Of a stretch of 64,000 bases of DNA, positions 18,078 through 26,416 are shown piece by piece. Position numbers and translations under genes: made by a program. Every line of letters begins with the position of its first letter. Positions within the stretch are counted from its first letter, which is position 1. The notes beneath the pieces were generated by a model, which did not search any database, had not been told where the DNA came from, and saw only the letters and a program-made list of their open reading frames with translations. This DNA is from Candidatus Kaelpia imicola (GTDB taxonomy: Bacteria; Omnitrophota; Gorgyraeia; Kaelpiales; Kaelpiaceae), in contig JAVCCL010000043.1 of the NCBI GenBank assembly GCA_030765505.1, forward strand, positions 5,686 through 69,685, given 5' to 3'.

Positions 18078-19598
18078 ATGGTTCTATCTCTGTCTCAAAA
18101 TTATCGTTACAAGATCAGCTCTACTCTATCGAGAGAGCAGGGTGTCACTTTCGTCTCAGCTGTTATCCTGGTTGCTGTAATGTCGCTCTCTATCTGGGCA
18201 TCCCTGGTATTGAGCGATGTAATACTTAAGGCCAAGAGCGTCGGCACCACAGAAAGCGAGATGGAGATAATAGCCGAAGGCCTTTTAAATTTCTATAGAG
18301 ATTGCGATCAATTTATAACTGATACAGGAGTGCTTTCAACAGATTTCCTCGATTTAGAGACTCAGCCTCTGGCACCCCGTTTTGAGGGTACTCCATCTTT
18401 GCAGAGTTACAGGCAGAGTGCCTGGGACGGCCCCTATGTTAGAGGGGGTTACGATGAAGATAAGGATGGAGATACGGTTGATTTTATACAGGAGTATTTT
18501 AAAGATGCCTGGAATAAGACCTATATCTATGATTATACTGCCGGGGCTACTTCGGCTACTATTACAAGCTATGGTTTAAACCGTGCAACTGGTGGAGGAG
18601 ATGATATAGTGGTAACAGTTACTGCAGATGGCGTGGTAGAGGAGAAGATAAGAAAGACAAAAGAAGAGCTGGCTTATATAAATGCCAGAAAAGAAGAGTT
18701 AGAGACAAGGTATGATAATGCCGGTGAGACCTGGCCTCCTGTAGGTTTTGATATTGATAGTCTATTCAGTACTTACGGATGTGATACCACAGGTCTTGTG
18801 AGTCATTGGAAGATGGATGAGGCAGTTTGGTCAGGAGTAGCTAATGAGGTAGTAGATTCAGTAGGCACTAATCATGGAACAGGACAGCCCACAGGTGCTT
18901 CTTATACCGGGCCCACAACAGTTTTTACAGGTAAGCTTGGCAGATGTGGCAGTTTTGATGGCACTGATGATTATGTAAATTCTATTAATGTTGATTCTTG
19001 GATTAGAACTGTCAATGATATAACTGTAACTGGATGGTATTATCATAATGCTGATACTAATGGTGCTCCTTGGTATATACTAACAAATACCTCTCCTATA
19101 GGTTCTGCGGATGGTTTTTGGTGGCATATAAAGTATACAGGGAATATTTTTTATTTAAGGACCGAAGACAATGTTAACGGGGAATCAGATGGAACTGGCA
19201 CTCCTTTTGTGTCCGAAAATACTTGGTATCATATAGCTACTGTTGTTGGAGAAGACAAGTTTCATGTTTATGTAAATGGAGATATTTACTGGGCTTGGAC
19301 ACCAAACAATGATTTTTCATGGGCAAATATAAATTCAGATACGGCATACTTTGGTATAGGGAGGAGTTACAATATAGGTAGTGATTGCAAACTTGACGAA
19401 GTCCGCATCTGGTCTCGTCCATTAACCCCAGCTGATATCTTCCAAGAATATTTAAGAGGTCCGTATCTAACTGATTGGGCTTATAAGTACGATGAATGGC
19501 AGAGCGAATATGCCTGGGATAGTGGAGATGACGTATTCTATAGTTTTGGTCCTGATAGGGTTACAGGGAGCGCAGATGATATATACCAGAGTGAATAG
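18078..19598 (+). CDS. modular pseudopilin: pilin-like N-terminus, GspG-like motif, LamG/ConA-like lectin module, second GspG-like motif
   Basis: The hydrophobic N-terminal helix lacks the canonical Glu5 (QG-VTFVS). The first GspG-like motif is AWDGPYVRGG...YIYDYTAGATSATITSYGLNRATGGGDDI. The Laminin_G_3 pattern reads WYHIATVVGEDKFHVYVNGD...GIGRSY...LDEVRIWSRPLTPADI. The C-terminal motif is YSFGPDRVTGSADDI. It is a paralogue of the 21002-22447 gene. Confidence 0.65.
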   Translation: MVLSLSQNYRYKISSTLSREQGVTFVSAVILVAVMSLSIWASLVLSDVILKAKSVGTTESEMEIIAEGLLNFYRDCDQFITDTGVLSTDFLDLETQPLAPRFEGTPSLQSYRQSAWDGPYVRGGYDEDKDGDTVDFIQEYFKDAWNKTYIYDYTAGATSATITSYGLNRATGGGDDIVVTVTADGVVEEKIRKTKEELAYINARKEELETRYDNAGETWPPVGFDIDSLFSTYGCDTTGLVSHWKMDEAVWSGVANEVVDSVGTNHGTGQPTGASYTGPTTVFTGKLGRCGSFDGTDDYVNSINVDSWIRTVNDITVTGWYYHNADTNGAPWYILTNTSPIGSADGFWWHIKYTGNIFYLRTEDNVNGESDGTGTPFVSENTWYHIATVVGEDKFHVYVNGDIYWAWTPNNDFSWANINSDTAYFGIGRSYNIGSDCKLDEVRIWSRPLTPADIFQEYLRGPYLTDWAYKYDEWQSEYAWDSGDDVFYSFGPDRVTGSADDIYQSE

Positions 19599-19611
19599 AA
19601 AAGGTGATGAT

Positions 19612-20286
19612 ATGAGAAGAGAAGGTTTTACATTACTTGAGATAATAGTTGTGATCATTATTGTCGGTATCTTTGCCGGGGTTCTGACTCCTCTTGGTAA
19701 TATTGCTATCAGGCGTACGAAGATTAGGAGCACAGAAGAGAAGATGGAGATTCTTGATAAAGCTCTGGCTTCATATTATGAGAGTAATGCCGGGTTTCCA
19801 GCAGATTCAGGTCTTGACCCCAATGATCTAACCACTTTAGAGACAGCAGGTTATATTAGTGAGTCTGAATACAGTGATGACTATGCCTATGATGCCTGGC
19901 GGGTAGCTTTTCAATATACCTACAATGCCGGTCAAGTCAGTGTTACGATACGCTCATTCGGCCCGGATAGAGTAGAGAGTAGTGATGATATTCTCTATAT
20001 AGTACAGGCTAAAGACATCTGGAAGAAGTGGCGTAGAGATACTCAGGAGAGGCTGAGAAAGGTAAATCAGGCTGTTGAGAAGTATATCTCAGAAGGTAAT
20101 ACTGTTACTACAGGGGACAGTTCTGAAGTTCTATCTTCTGAGCTTGATGCCGCCGACATCTATGACCCCTGGGGAGAACCTTACCGTTATGACGAGAGTC
20201 TGTCTACATTTTATAGTTACGGTCCCGATAGTACTCCAAGCAGTGCTGATGAGATCTATCCGGCAGGAGTCGATACAGCGCCATAG
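19612..20286 (+). CDS. GspG-like pseudopilin with a duplicated C-terminal GspG motif
   Basis: MRREG-FTLLEIIVVIII is a canonical prepilin N-terminus. The motifs DAWRVAFQYTY...SFGPDRVESSDDI and DPWGEPYRYDES...YSYGPDSTPSSADEI are both present. The start was moved to the ATG at 19612, which follows the upstream stop at 19596-19598. Confidence 0.7.
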   Translation: MRREGFTLLEIIVVIIIVGIFAGVLTPLGNIAIRRTKIRSTEEKMEILDKALASYYESNAGFPADSGLDPNDLTTLETAGYISESEYSDDYAYDAWRVAFQYTYNAGQVSVTIRSFGPDRVESSDDILYIVQAKDIWKKWRRDTQERLRKVNQAVEKYISEGNTVTTGDSSEVLSSELDAADIYDPWGEPYRYDESLSTFYSYGPDSTPSSADEIYPAGVDTAP

Positions 20287-20288
20287 TT

Positions 20289-20996
20289 ATGAGCTATCTG
20301 TATAATAAGATTAAAGGTGTAACTCTGATAGAGCTTGTTGTTGTTATCATAATAATGGGGATTTTAGCCGGGATGTTAACACCTCTTGCAGCAACGACTA
20401 TAAGAAGGGCAAAGATATCCAATGCTGAGAGTAAGCTCTATGCTTTAGGTGAAGCGTTAAGGCTTTACTACGAGTGTAATTTCGATTTACCAGCCAGTGA
20501 TTTAGCAGATCTCTCTCCGGAATATATCAGGTCTTCTGAATATAGCGGTGACTATGCCTACGATGCCTGGAGGAAAGCTATCGTATATACCAAATCGGAC
20601 TCAAAGAGCGCGACTGTTCTCTCTTATGGGCCAAACAGGGTAAGCGGGGGAGATGACATAACATATAATGTCTTCTGCAGCGATATCTATAGAGACTATC
20701 GCAGAGCGACAGAGATTGAGCTGATAGAGGTTAACAGGGCTGTTGAGGATTTTGTAAGGGATGGTTATCTTTTAAGCAGTTCTATTACATCTGCATCGGC
20801 TGATTTTAGTACTTATTTAACAGATAGCGATTATAGATATGATAATTGGGGTATTAGAGGTGCTCCAGGTGAAGATAGGGCAGATGGGGAGCCTTACCAC
20901 TATGATGAGACCAGGAAGACATTCTATAGTTATGGTCCTGACGGAGCTGATGACTCCTGCGGTGATGATGATATTCTACCTGAGGGGATGCCTTAG
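20289..20996 (+). CDS. GspG-like pseudopilin with a duplicated C-terminal GspG motif
   Basis: The prepilin N-terminus is KG-VTLIELVVVIIIMGILAG. The GspG-type block is RRAKISNAESKLYALGEALRLYYECNFDLP. The two motifs are DAWRKAIVYT...SYGPNRVSGGDDI and GEPYHYDETRKTFYSYGPDGADDSCGDDDI. Confidence 0.7.
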   Translation: MSYLYNKIKGVTLIELVVVIIIMGILAGMLTPLAATTIRRAKISNAESKLYALGEALRLYYECNFDLPASDLADLSPEYIRSSEYSGDYAYDAWRKAIVYTKSDSKSATVLSYGPNRVSGGDDITYNVFCSDIYRDYRRATEIELIEVNRAVEDFVRDGYLLSSSITSASADFSTYLTDSDYRYDNWGIRGAPGEDRADGEPYHYDETRKTFYSYGPDGADDSCGDDDILPEGMP

Positions 20997-21001
20997 ATAT
21001 A

Positions 21002-22447
21002 ATGCATAGATTTAGCCGGCTGTTAGTATTCAGGTATTCTGGAGATTCCGGCATTACCCTTATGGAGCTTGTCGTTGCGATTGTTATCTCCTCACTCATT
21101 GCAGGTACTTTTGCTACTATATTCTATAATGTTACAACTTCCGAATTAAAAGATGCGACTAGAGACGAATTAGATATTATAGCCGAATCTTTACTCGATT
21201 TTTATAAGGACCTAGATCAGTTCCCTAAAGATTCCGGTGCTGTCAGTACCGACTTTCTTGATTTAGAGAGAACCCCTACGCCTAACAGCAGGATGGATGC
21301 AGCTGTTGCTGCTTTACAGGCTTGGAGAGTAGCAGCCTGGGACGGGCCATATATTCAGGATAAGTTTGACGATGATAGTTATCAGAAAGATGCCTGGCAG
21401 AATGATTATATTTATGATTATACTTACGGGAATGATTTCTGTGTTGTTACAAGCTATGGTCCAGATGGAGTAGTCGGAGGGACAGATAATATAGTTGTAA
21501 GGGCTAATGCCAAAACCATCAAAGAAGACAGAGTACGAGGAGTTCAGGATGAACTTGATATTATTCAGCTTGCATTGGCTGATTATGTAAGAGCAACAGG
21601 CTCTGCTCCAAGTGATATCTCAAGCCTATTTGAGTGGGAGGTTTTAAATCTCCATATGGATGAGTCTGTTTGGACTGGGGCAGCAGATGAAGTGGTAGAT
21701 AATAGCGGTATGGGTAACAATGGTACAGCTTATAATGGAGTAACTACTACAAGTAGTGGGAAAGTGGGACGGGCGGGAAGTTTTGATGGTAGTAGCGATT
21801 ATGCTAGCATTGCTGATAGTGTTAGCTTGGATATTGATGGTGCAATTACAATTGAGGCATGGGTTAAACTTACAGCTGGATATCCATCTTCACATCAGAT
21901 GATAGCAAGTAAAGGTGGTGTAGCTTGGTATATGTCTATTTACAATAATAAGGTTTTCTTTTCACCTTGGATAAATGGAACACAAACTTATACGCAGGGA
22001 TCAGAAATAGTTTCAGAGAATGCATGGCATCATGTTGCTTGCTCATGGAGCCCAGCAACAGATAAATATTATACATATTTAGATGGACAAGTTGATGTTG
22101 ATGTAACTCATTCTGGAAGCTCTCTTAGCACGAATGCGAGTAATTTGCTTATTAGTGCTTATGCGAGTCAAGGAGACCTCCCGTTTAATGGTATAATCGA
22201 CGAAGTTCGCATTTATAGCGTAACTCTTTCTTCAGATGAAATCTACCAACACTATATTAACCCAGGATACCCAAGAGATTATTTTGATTTGCATGACTAT
22301 GCTTTTAAGTATGACGGGTGGGAGAGTGAATATGCTTTAGGTTCAATGACGGTAGGCGGTGAGACAGTCTATTACTTTTACTCCTGCGGCTCAGATAGAG
22401 CTGATGATTCCGGAGCAGATGACGATATAAAGCCCAGAGGACTATAG
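21002..22447 (+). CDS. modular pseudopilin with LamG/ConA-like lectin module (paralogue of the 18078-19598 gene)
   Basis: The prepilin N-terminus is SG-ITLMELVVAIVISSLIAG (Glu5 present). The shared block is IAESLLDFYKDLDQFPKDSGAVSTDFLDLE. The LamG pattern reads WHHVACSWSPATDKYYTYLDGQV...GIIDEVRIYSVTLSSDEI. The C-terminal motif is YSCGSDRADDSGADDDI. Confidence 0.7.
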   Translation: MHRFSRLLVFRYSGDSGITLMELVVAIVISSLIAGTFATIFYNVTTSELKDATRDELDIIAESLLDFYKDLDQFPKDSGAVSTDFLDLERTPTPNSRMDAAVAALQAWRVAAWDGPYIQDKFDDDSYQKDAWQNDYIYDYTYGNDFCVVTSYGPDGVVGGTDNIVVRANAKTIKEDRVRGVQDELDIIQLALADYVRATGSAPSDISSLFEWEVLNLHMDESVWTGAADEVVDNSGMGNNGTAYNGVTTTSSGKVGRAGSFDGSSDYASIADSVSLDIDGAITIEAWVKLTAGYPSSHQMIASKGGVAWYMSIYNNKVFFSPWINGTQTYTQGSEIVSENAWHHVACSWSPATDKYYTYLDGQVDVDVTHSGSSLSTNASNLLISAYASQGDLPFNGIIDEVRIYSVTLSSDEIYQHYINPGYPRDYFDLHDYAFKYDGWESEYALGSMTVGGETVYYFYSCGSDRADDSGADDDIKPRGL

Positions 22448-22505
22448 TTCCTTAAAAGATATATATCTTTTAAGCAGGGATAAATTTTGATAGAATTGAT
22501 AATCT

Positions 22506-24164
22506 ATGAAGGATAAAAAATATCTCGGTTTTGAATTAAGTAAAGAGAGTCTCAAAATAATTGAGATTGAGGGTTCATCTCAAAATGATTTTAAGATAGT
22601 CTACTATAAAAATATAGTTATACCGATGCTTACATTGCCGGGGGGTGAGAAGACAAAAGATATGGTTGTTGATTGGGATATGCTTCTTACCCAGCTTAAG
22701 ACTGAGATCAAAGATAGAAACTACAGCAGCAGCCTGATATCTCTAACAGTACCCTCGAAAGATGCTTCTGATGTAGTTCTTACTATTCCGCTTATCAAGG
22801 GTAAGGATATAGTGCAGTTCTTAGAGCGTGAGATCAAAAAAACAACAGTAATTCAGGAGGATAGAAATAATAAGATTGAATATCTAAAGCTTGGAGATAG
22901 AACGGTTAAGACCGGCAGGGTCCAGGATATTTTAACGGTCTTAACGGATGCGGATAAACTGAAGAATTATTTGAATAATTTTGCATCTTTAGGCGTAAGA
23001 CCGCATATATTTGCAATTAAGCCCTATGCACTTTACAGCCTGATGGAGAATCTCTATCCGGAATTTAAAAATGTTGTTCTTATTGACGTGGGTAGTGAAT
23101 TGACATCTATGGTTGTAATTAAGGATGGTCAGCTGAAGTTTGCAAGAAGTATGTATATAACCATAGGCAGCATAGTAGAGGCGGTATCAGAGGAGAACAA
23201 TCTTCCAGAGAGAGAGGTAGCAGATTTTATCAGTCAGCATGGATTTAAAATCGAATCTTATCCTGAGACAGAAGAGGGTAAGAAATATAAGAGGTCTATT
23301 TTGAAATTCTTAGATAGGTTCAGGGCTGAATTGCAGAGGTCGATACTATTCTATCAGGAGAAGTTCGGCTCTGGCGATAGAGTCTCTAAGATAGTTCTTA
23401 CCGGAGGCGGGCTGGGAGTTGCCGATATAACTGAGTTTTTAAAAGAGAGATTGAAGCTGGAGATAGAGACTCTGCCCATTGCAAAGCGGCTTATTGCTGG
23501 TGATGATTTTAAGAGCTGTTACTCTCTCTATGCTTCTTCTATCGGCGGAGCTTTAATCTCAGACTTAAAAAGCAAGTTTAACCTCGCGCCTAAAGTAGAG
23601 AAAGATAGGACCGGCAGGCGAATACATCTTGAGATAGCGGTGGTATTTCTGTTTGTCTATGCCGCTATATACTATCTTCACCTTGGTTATAAGAACAGGC
23701 TCTCTGTACAAAAAAAACAACTTAATCAGATTCAGTTTGAGATAGGGAGTTATCCGGGGAACTTAGAGCAGGAGTATAAAGATGTTTTAAGCAAAAGAGA
23801 GGATTTTTCTGAATTGGAAAAGAGTTTCTTGAATTTGCAAAAGCCTTATATTGAATGGAAAGGGTTCTTTACCGAGATCTCAAATCGTATAGACCCAACT
23901 ATGTTAGTGGTTGATTTCTGGGTAGGGTTTAACAGTGAAGGTGCTATGGTATTTCAGATTCAGGGTGAGTACGAAGGGACCTATCCGAATGCTCAGCTGG
24001 TGCTGAGAAAAGCGAGGCTCAGCTTTGAAGAGTCAGACTTATTTCAGAATATTAAATTTGAGATTCAGAGATCCGGCAAAGTTAAGATAGGCGAGATTAG
24101 AAACTATCCCTATACTATGGCCGGATATATAAATTCTGATTTCTTAACCAAGAGAGAGCTATGA
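22506..24164 (+). CDS. fused PilM-PilN (GspL-like) assembly protein: cytoplasmic actin-like ATPase-fold domain, TM helix, periplasmic domain
   Basis: The first ~350 aa have PilM/actin-like blocks (VLIDVGSELTSMVVIKDGQLKFARSMYITIGSI; VLTGGGLGVADITEF). A TM helix (IHLEIAVVFLFVYAAIYYL) follows, then a coiled-coil PilN-like tail. Confidence 0.6.
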   Translation: MKDKKYLGFELSKESLKIIEIEGSSQNDFKIVYYKNIVIPMLTLPGGEKTKDMVVDWDMLLTQLKTEIKDRNYSSSLISLTVPSKDASDVVLTIPLIKGKDIVQFLEREIKKTTVIQEDRNNKIEYLKLGDRTVKTGRVQDILTVLTDADKLKNYLNNFASLGVRPHIFAIKPYALYSLMENLYPEFKNVVLIDVGSELTSMVVIKDGQLKFARSMYITIGSIVEAVSEENNLPEREVADFISQHGFKIESYPETEEGKKYKRSILKFLDRFRAELQRSILFYQEKFGSGDRVSKIVLTGGGLGVADITEFLKERLKLEIETLPIAKRLIAGDDFKSCYSLYASSIGGALISDLKSKFNLAPKVEKDRTGRRIHLEIAVVFLFVYAAIYYLHLGYKNRLSVQKKQLNQIQFEIGSYPGNLEQEYKDVLSKREDFSELEKSFLNLQKPYIEWKGFFTEISNRIDPTMLVVDFWVGFNSEGAMVFQIQGEYEGTYPNAQLVLRKARLSFEESDLFQNIKFEIQRSGKVKIGEIRNYPYTMAGYINSDFLTKREL

Positions 24165-24736
24165 TAGGGTTTAATTTTAAAATCGATAAACAGTTTGCGG
24201 TAATAATTTTCTACATCTTATTGGGGACTATTATTGCCGCAGCGCTATATTTTCTTCTAGTCCTAAAGACTACCGGTAATATAGAGGATTATAACAGCAG
24301 AATGGATATTGCTTCAGGTGAAAGCAAAAGAAAGAGAATGATGCTTCAGGCGATAACTGAATTTAACGAGACTAAATTAGAGATAGAGGCGAAGACTTTG
24401 AAATTTTCTGAACATATTCCCTATAAGGTTGATACGACCGAGTTTGTTAAACTATTGGACAGTTTCTCTTCCGAGTTTAGTTCCAAGTATGGGCTGAAAG
24501 ATATGAGGATTGATATCTTGCCTCTTACGGAAGTAGAAGAGGGGTACTATGAGAGGCAGTTCAGGATATATTGCCAGGGCAGGTATATGGATTTGATGAG
24601 ATTCTTTGATATTCTTCAGAGAGTAAGATACCTTATAAATGTCGAAGAGCTGAGTATAAAAAGAAATCCGAAAATAATCCCCTACCTTGAAACGGATTTA
24701 AGGATAACTATAATTCAAACCTCAGAAGAAGAGTAG
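24161..24736 (+). CDS. PilO/GspM-like bitopic inner-membrane assembly protein
   Basis: It has an N-terminal TM helix, a coiled coil, and then a ferredoxin-like periplasmic region. It overlaps the PilMN stop and sits where pilO/gspM would be expected. Confidence 0.45.
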   Translation: MIGFNFKIDKQFAVIIFYILLGTIIAAALYFLLVLKTTGNIEDYNSRMDIASGESKRKRMMLQAITEFNETKLEIEAKTLKFSEHIPYKVDTTEFVKLLDSFSSEFSSKYGLKDMRIDILPLTEVEEGYYERQFRIYCQGRYMDLMRFFDILQRVRYLINVEELSIKRNPKIIPYLETDLRITIIQTSEEE

Positions 24737-24787
24737 TCTGTCTCTATCTATTATAAGTCTCTCCTTGAGCAAGGATAGCTATGTTCG

Positions 24788-24816
24788 TTGACTCCTCTTT
24801 GGTTATAATATAAAAT
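24788..24816 (+). promoter_or_regulatory. promoter (TTGACT, 17-nt spacer, TAAAAT) for tRNA-Leu(CAG)
   Basis: The -35 lies at 24788-24793 and the -10 at 24811-24816, about 18 nt upstream of the tRNA. Confidence 0.45.
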
Positions 24817-24834
24817 AACCAGATAATATAGCAG

Positions 24835-24917
24835 GCCGAGATGGCGGAATGGCAGACGCGCATGGTTCAGGACCATGTCCCTGAAAAGGGGTGGGGGTTC
24901 AAGTCCCCCTCTCGGCA
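24835..24917 (+). tRNA. tRNA-Leu (CAG), class II
   Basis: The acceptor stem is GCCGAGA/TCTCGGC, the anticodon loop TTCAGGA (CAG at 24868-24870) and the variable arm CCCTGAAAAGGG. The T-arm is GGGGG-TTCAAGT-CCCCC. Confidence 0.85.
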
Positions 24918-24930
24918 GTGAATATAGATT

Positions 24931-25869
24931 ATGGAGAGTTTAAATTTCAATATCGGACTCTGGAAAGCGCTTTTTGAGACAGCACTGCTTGTATTGGCCG
25001 GTTATATTAGCCGCAGGCTGGGTGTTTTTAAAGGTGATGCCGTAAAGGATTTAACGAAGTTCATAATCTATGTAACTCTGCCTGCGCTTATTTTTTACTC
25101 TTTCAGCTCTCATTTGAATAGAGCTAACCTCGGAGACTGCTCTCTCTTTTTTTTAGTCTCTCTGATTATCTTTCTAATAGGTTTTGTAGTTGGACTTATC
25201 TTTACCAAATCTCTCCTCAAAAGAGAAAATTTAAAAAGGGAGTTTATATTATTAAACGCATTTCAAAACTCCGGATATCTTCCTCTGGCTCTGGTTGGAA
25301 ACCTTCTCTCACCTGCTGAGGCAGAGATTGCGTACCTTTATATATTCTCTTACCTTGTGGGTTTTAATCTCATAATGCTCTCTTTCGGTTTTTACTATAT
25401 GCATGCCTCATCAGAGATGAAGCTGAAGAGTTTTATTACGCCGGCTTTTATCGCATCTATTCTGGGTATAGCTTTTGCTTTAAGCGGTTTAGCAGCCGGG
25501 ATTCCAGATATTATTATCCAGCCGATACATAAATTAGGCTCTACTACTGTGCCTCTGGGTATGGTTATGCTGGGAATGATATTGGCTCAATCCAGGCTCT
25601 TCAGACTAGAGCACTTGAGGGAGCTTTCGGTTCTGATATTCTCTAAGCTTCTTCTTATACCGCTGGTAGTTTTGGTCTTGTTAAAGCTTATCAAGCTGGA
25701 TGGTCTGATCTCTTTTTTGATACTGCTTCAGGCTGCCATGCCTTCAGCTACCACTCTATCTCTAATTGCGCATTTTAAAAACGCTCATACAGAGTTTGTC
25801 TCTCAAGGTATTATATATACACATCTTTTTTTACTCTTAACTCTGCCGTTAATTTTTTTATTGTTTTAA
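24931..25869 (+). CDS. AEC-family (auxin-efflux-carrier-type) membrane transporter
   Basis: It has 10 TM helices and an N-terminal LVLAGYISRRLGVF block typical of AEC/malate-permease-like proteins. It starts 13 nt after the tRNA with no clear ribosome-binding site. Confidence 0.6.
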   Translation: MESLNFNIGLWKALFETALLVLAGYISRRLGVFKGDAVKDLTKFIIYVTLPALIFYSFSSHLNRANLGDCSLFFLVSLIIFLIGFVVGLIFTKSLLKRENLKREFILLNAFQNSGYLPLALVGNLLSPAEAEIAYLYIFSYLVGFNLIMLSFGFYYMHASSEMKLKSFITPAFIASILGIAFALSGLAAGIPDIIIQPIHKLGSTTVPLGMVMLGMILAQSRLFRLEHLRELSVLIFSKLLLIPLVVLVLLKLIKLDGLISFLILLQAAMPSATTLSLIAHFKNAHTEFVSQGIIYTHLFLLLTLPLIFLLF

Positions 25870-25870
25870 G

Positions 25871-26416
25871 ATGCAGGTTATCTCTGGAAGATTTAAAGGT
25901 TTAAGAGTCTATGCTCCGCTTAGGAGCAGGATCAGTCCCACATCTTCCGTTGTAAAGAGGGCTATATTCGACTCCTTAAGAGAGAATGTTAATAATAAAG
26001 TAATTTTGGATCTCTATGCCGGCAGCGGAGCTCTGGGTATCGAAGCCCTTTCACGGGGTGGAATTGAGGCGGTATTTGTTGAAAATGATCCGGACTCTCT
26101 AAATGCTATAGGCAAGAATATCAAACCTCTTAAGAGTGTTAAGACTGAGGTTATTGCTATGGATGCGGCTATGGCAATAAGATTCTTAAGGGGCAGGAAG
26201 TTTGATATTATCTTTCTGGATCCTCCTTACCGGGAGAAGGTGATTAAATCTGTATTGCTTGAAATCTCTGAATGTGATATAGTAAAAAAGGATTCGCTTC
26301 TTTTCGCAGAACATCATAAAAAAGAGATAGTCTCTGGAGATATCGGGGCCTTTAGGTTAGTGAAAGAGAAAAAATACGGTGAGACCGTAGTATCTGTATT
26401 TACGAATTCTGTTTGA
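25871..26416 (+). CDS. rsmD: 16S rRNA (guanine966-N2)-methyltransferase RsmD
   Basis: LDLYAGSGALGIEALSRGG (SAM motif I) and DIIFLDPPY (DPPY motif) are present. Confidence 0.8.
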   Translation: MQVISGRFKGLRVYAPLRSRISPTSSVVKRAIFDSLRENVNNKVILDLYAGSGALGIEALSRGGIEAVFVENDPDSLNAIGKNIKPLKSVKTEVIAMDAAMAIRFLRGRKFDIIFLDPPYREKVIKSVLLEISECDIVKKDSLLFAEHHKKEIVSGDIGAFRLVKEKKYGETVVSVFTNSV

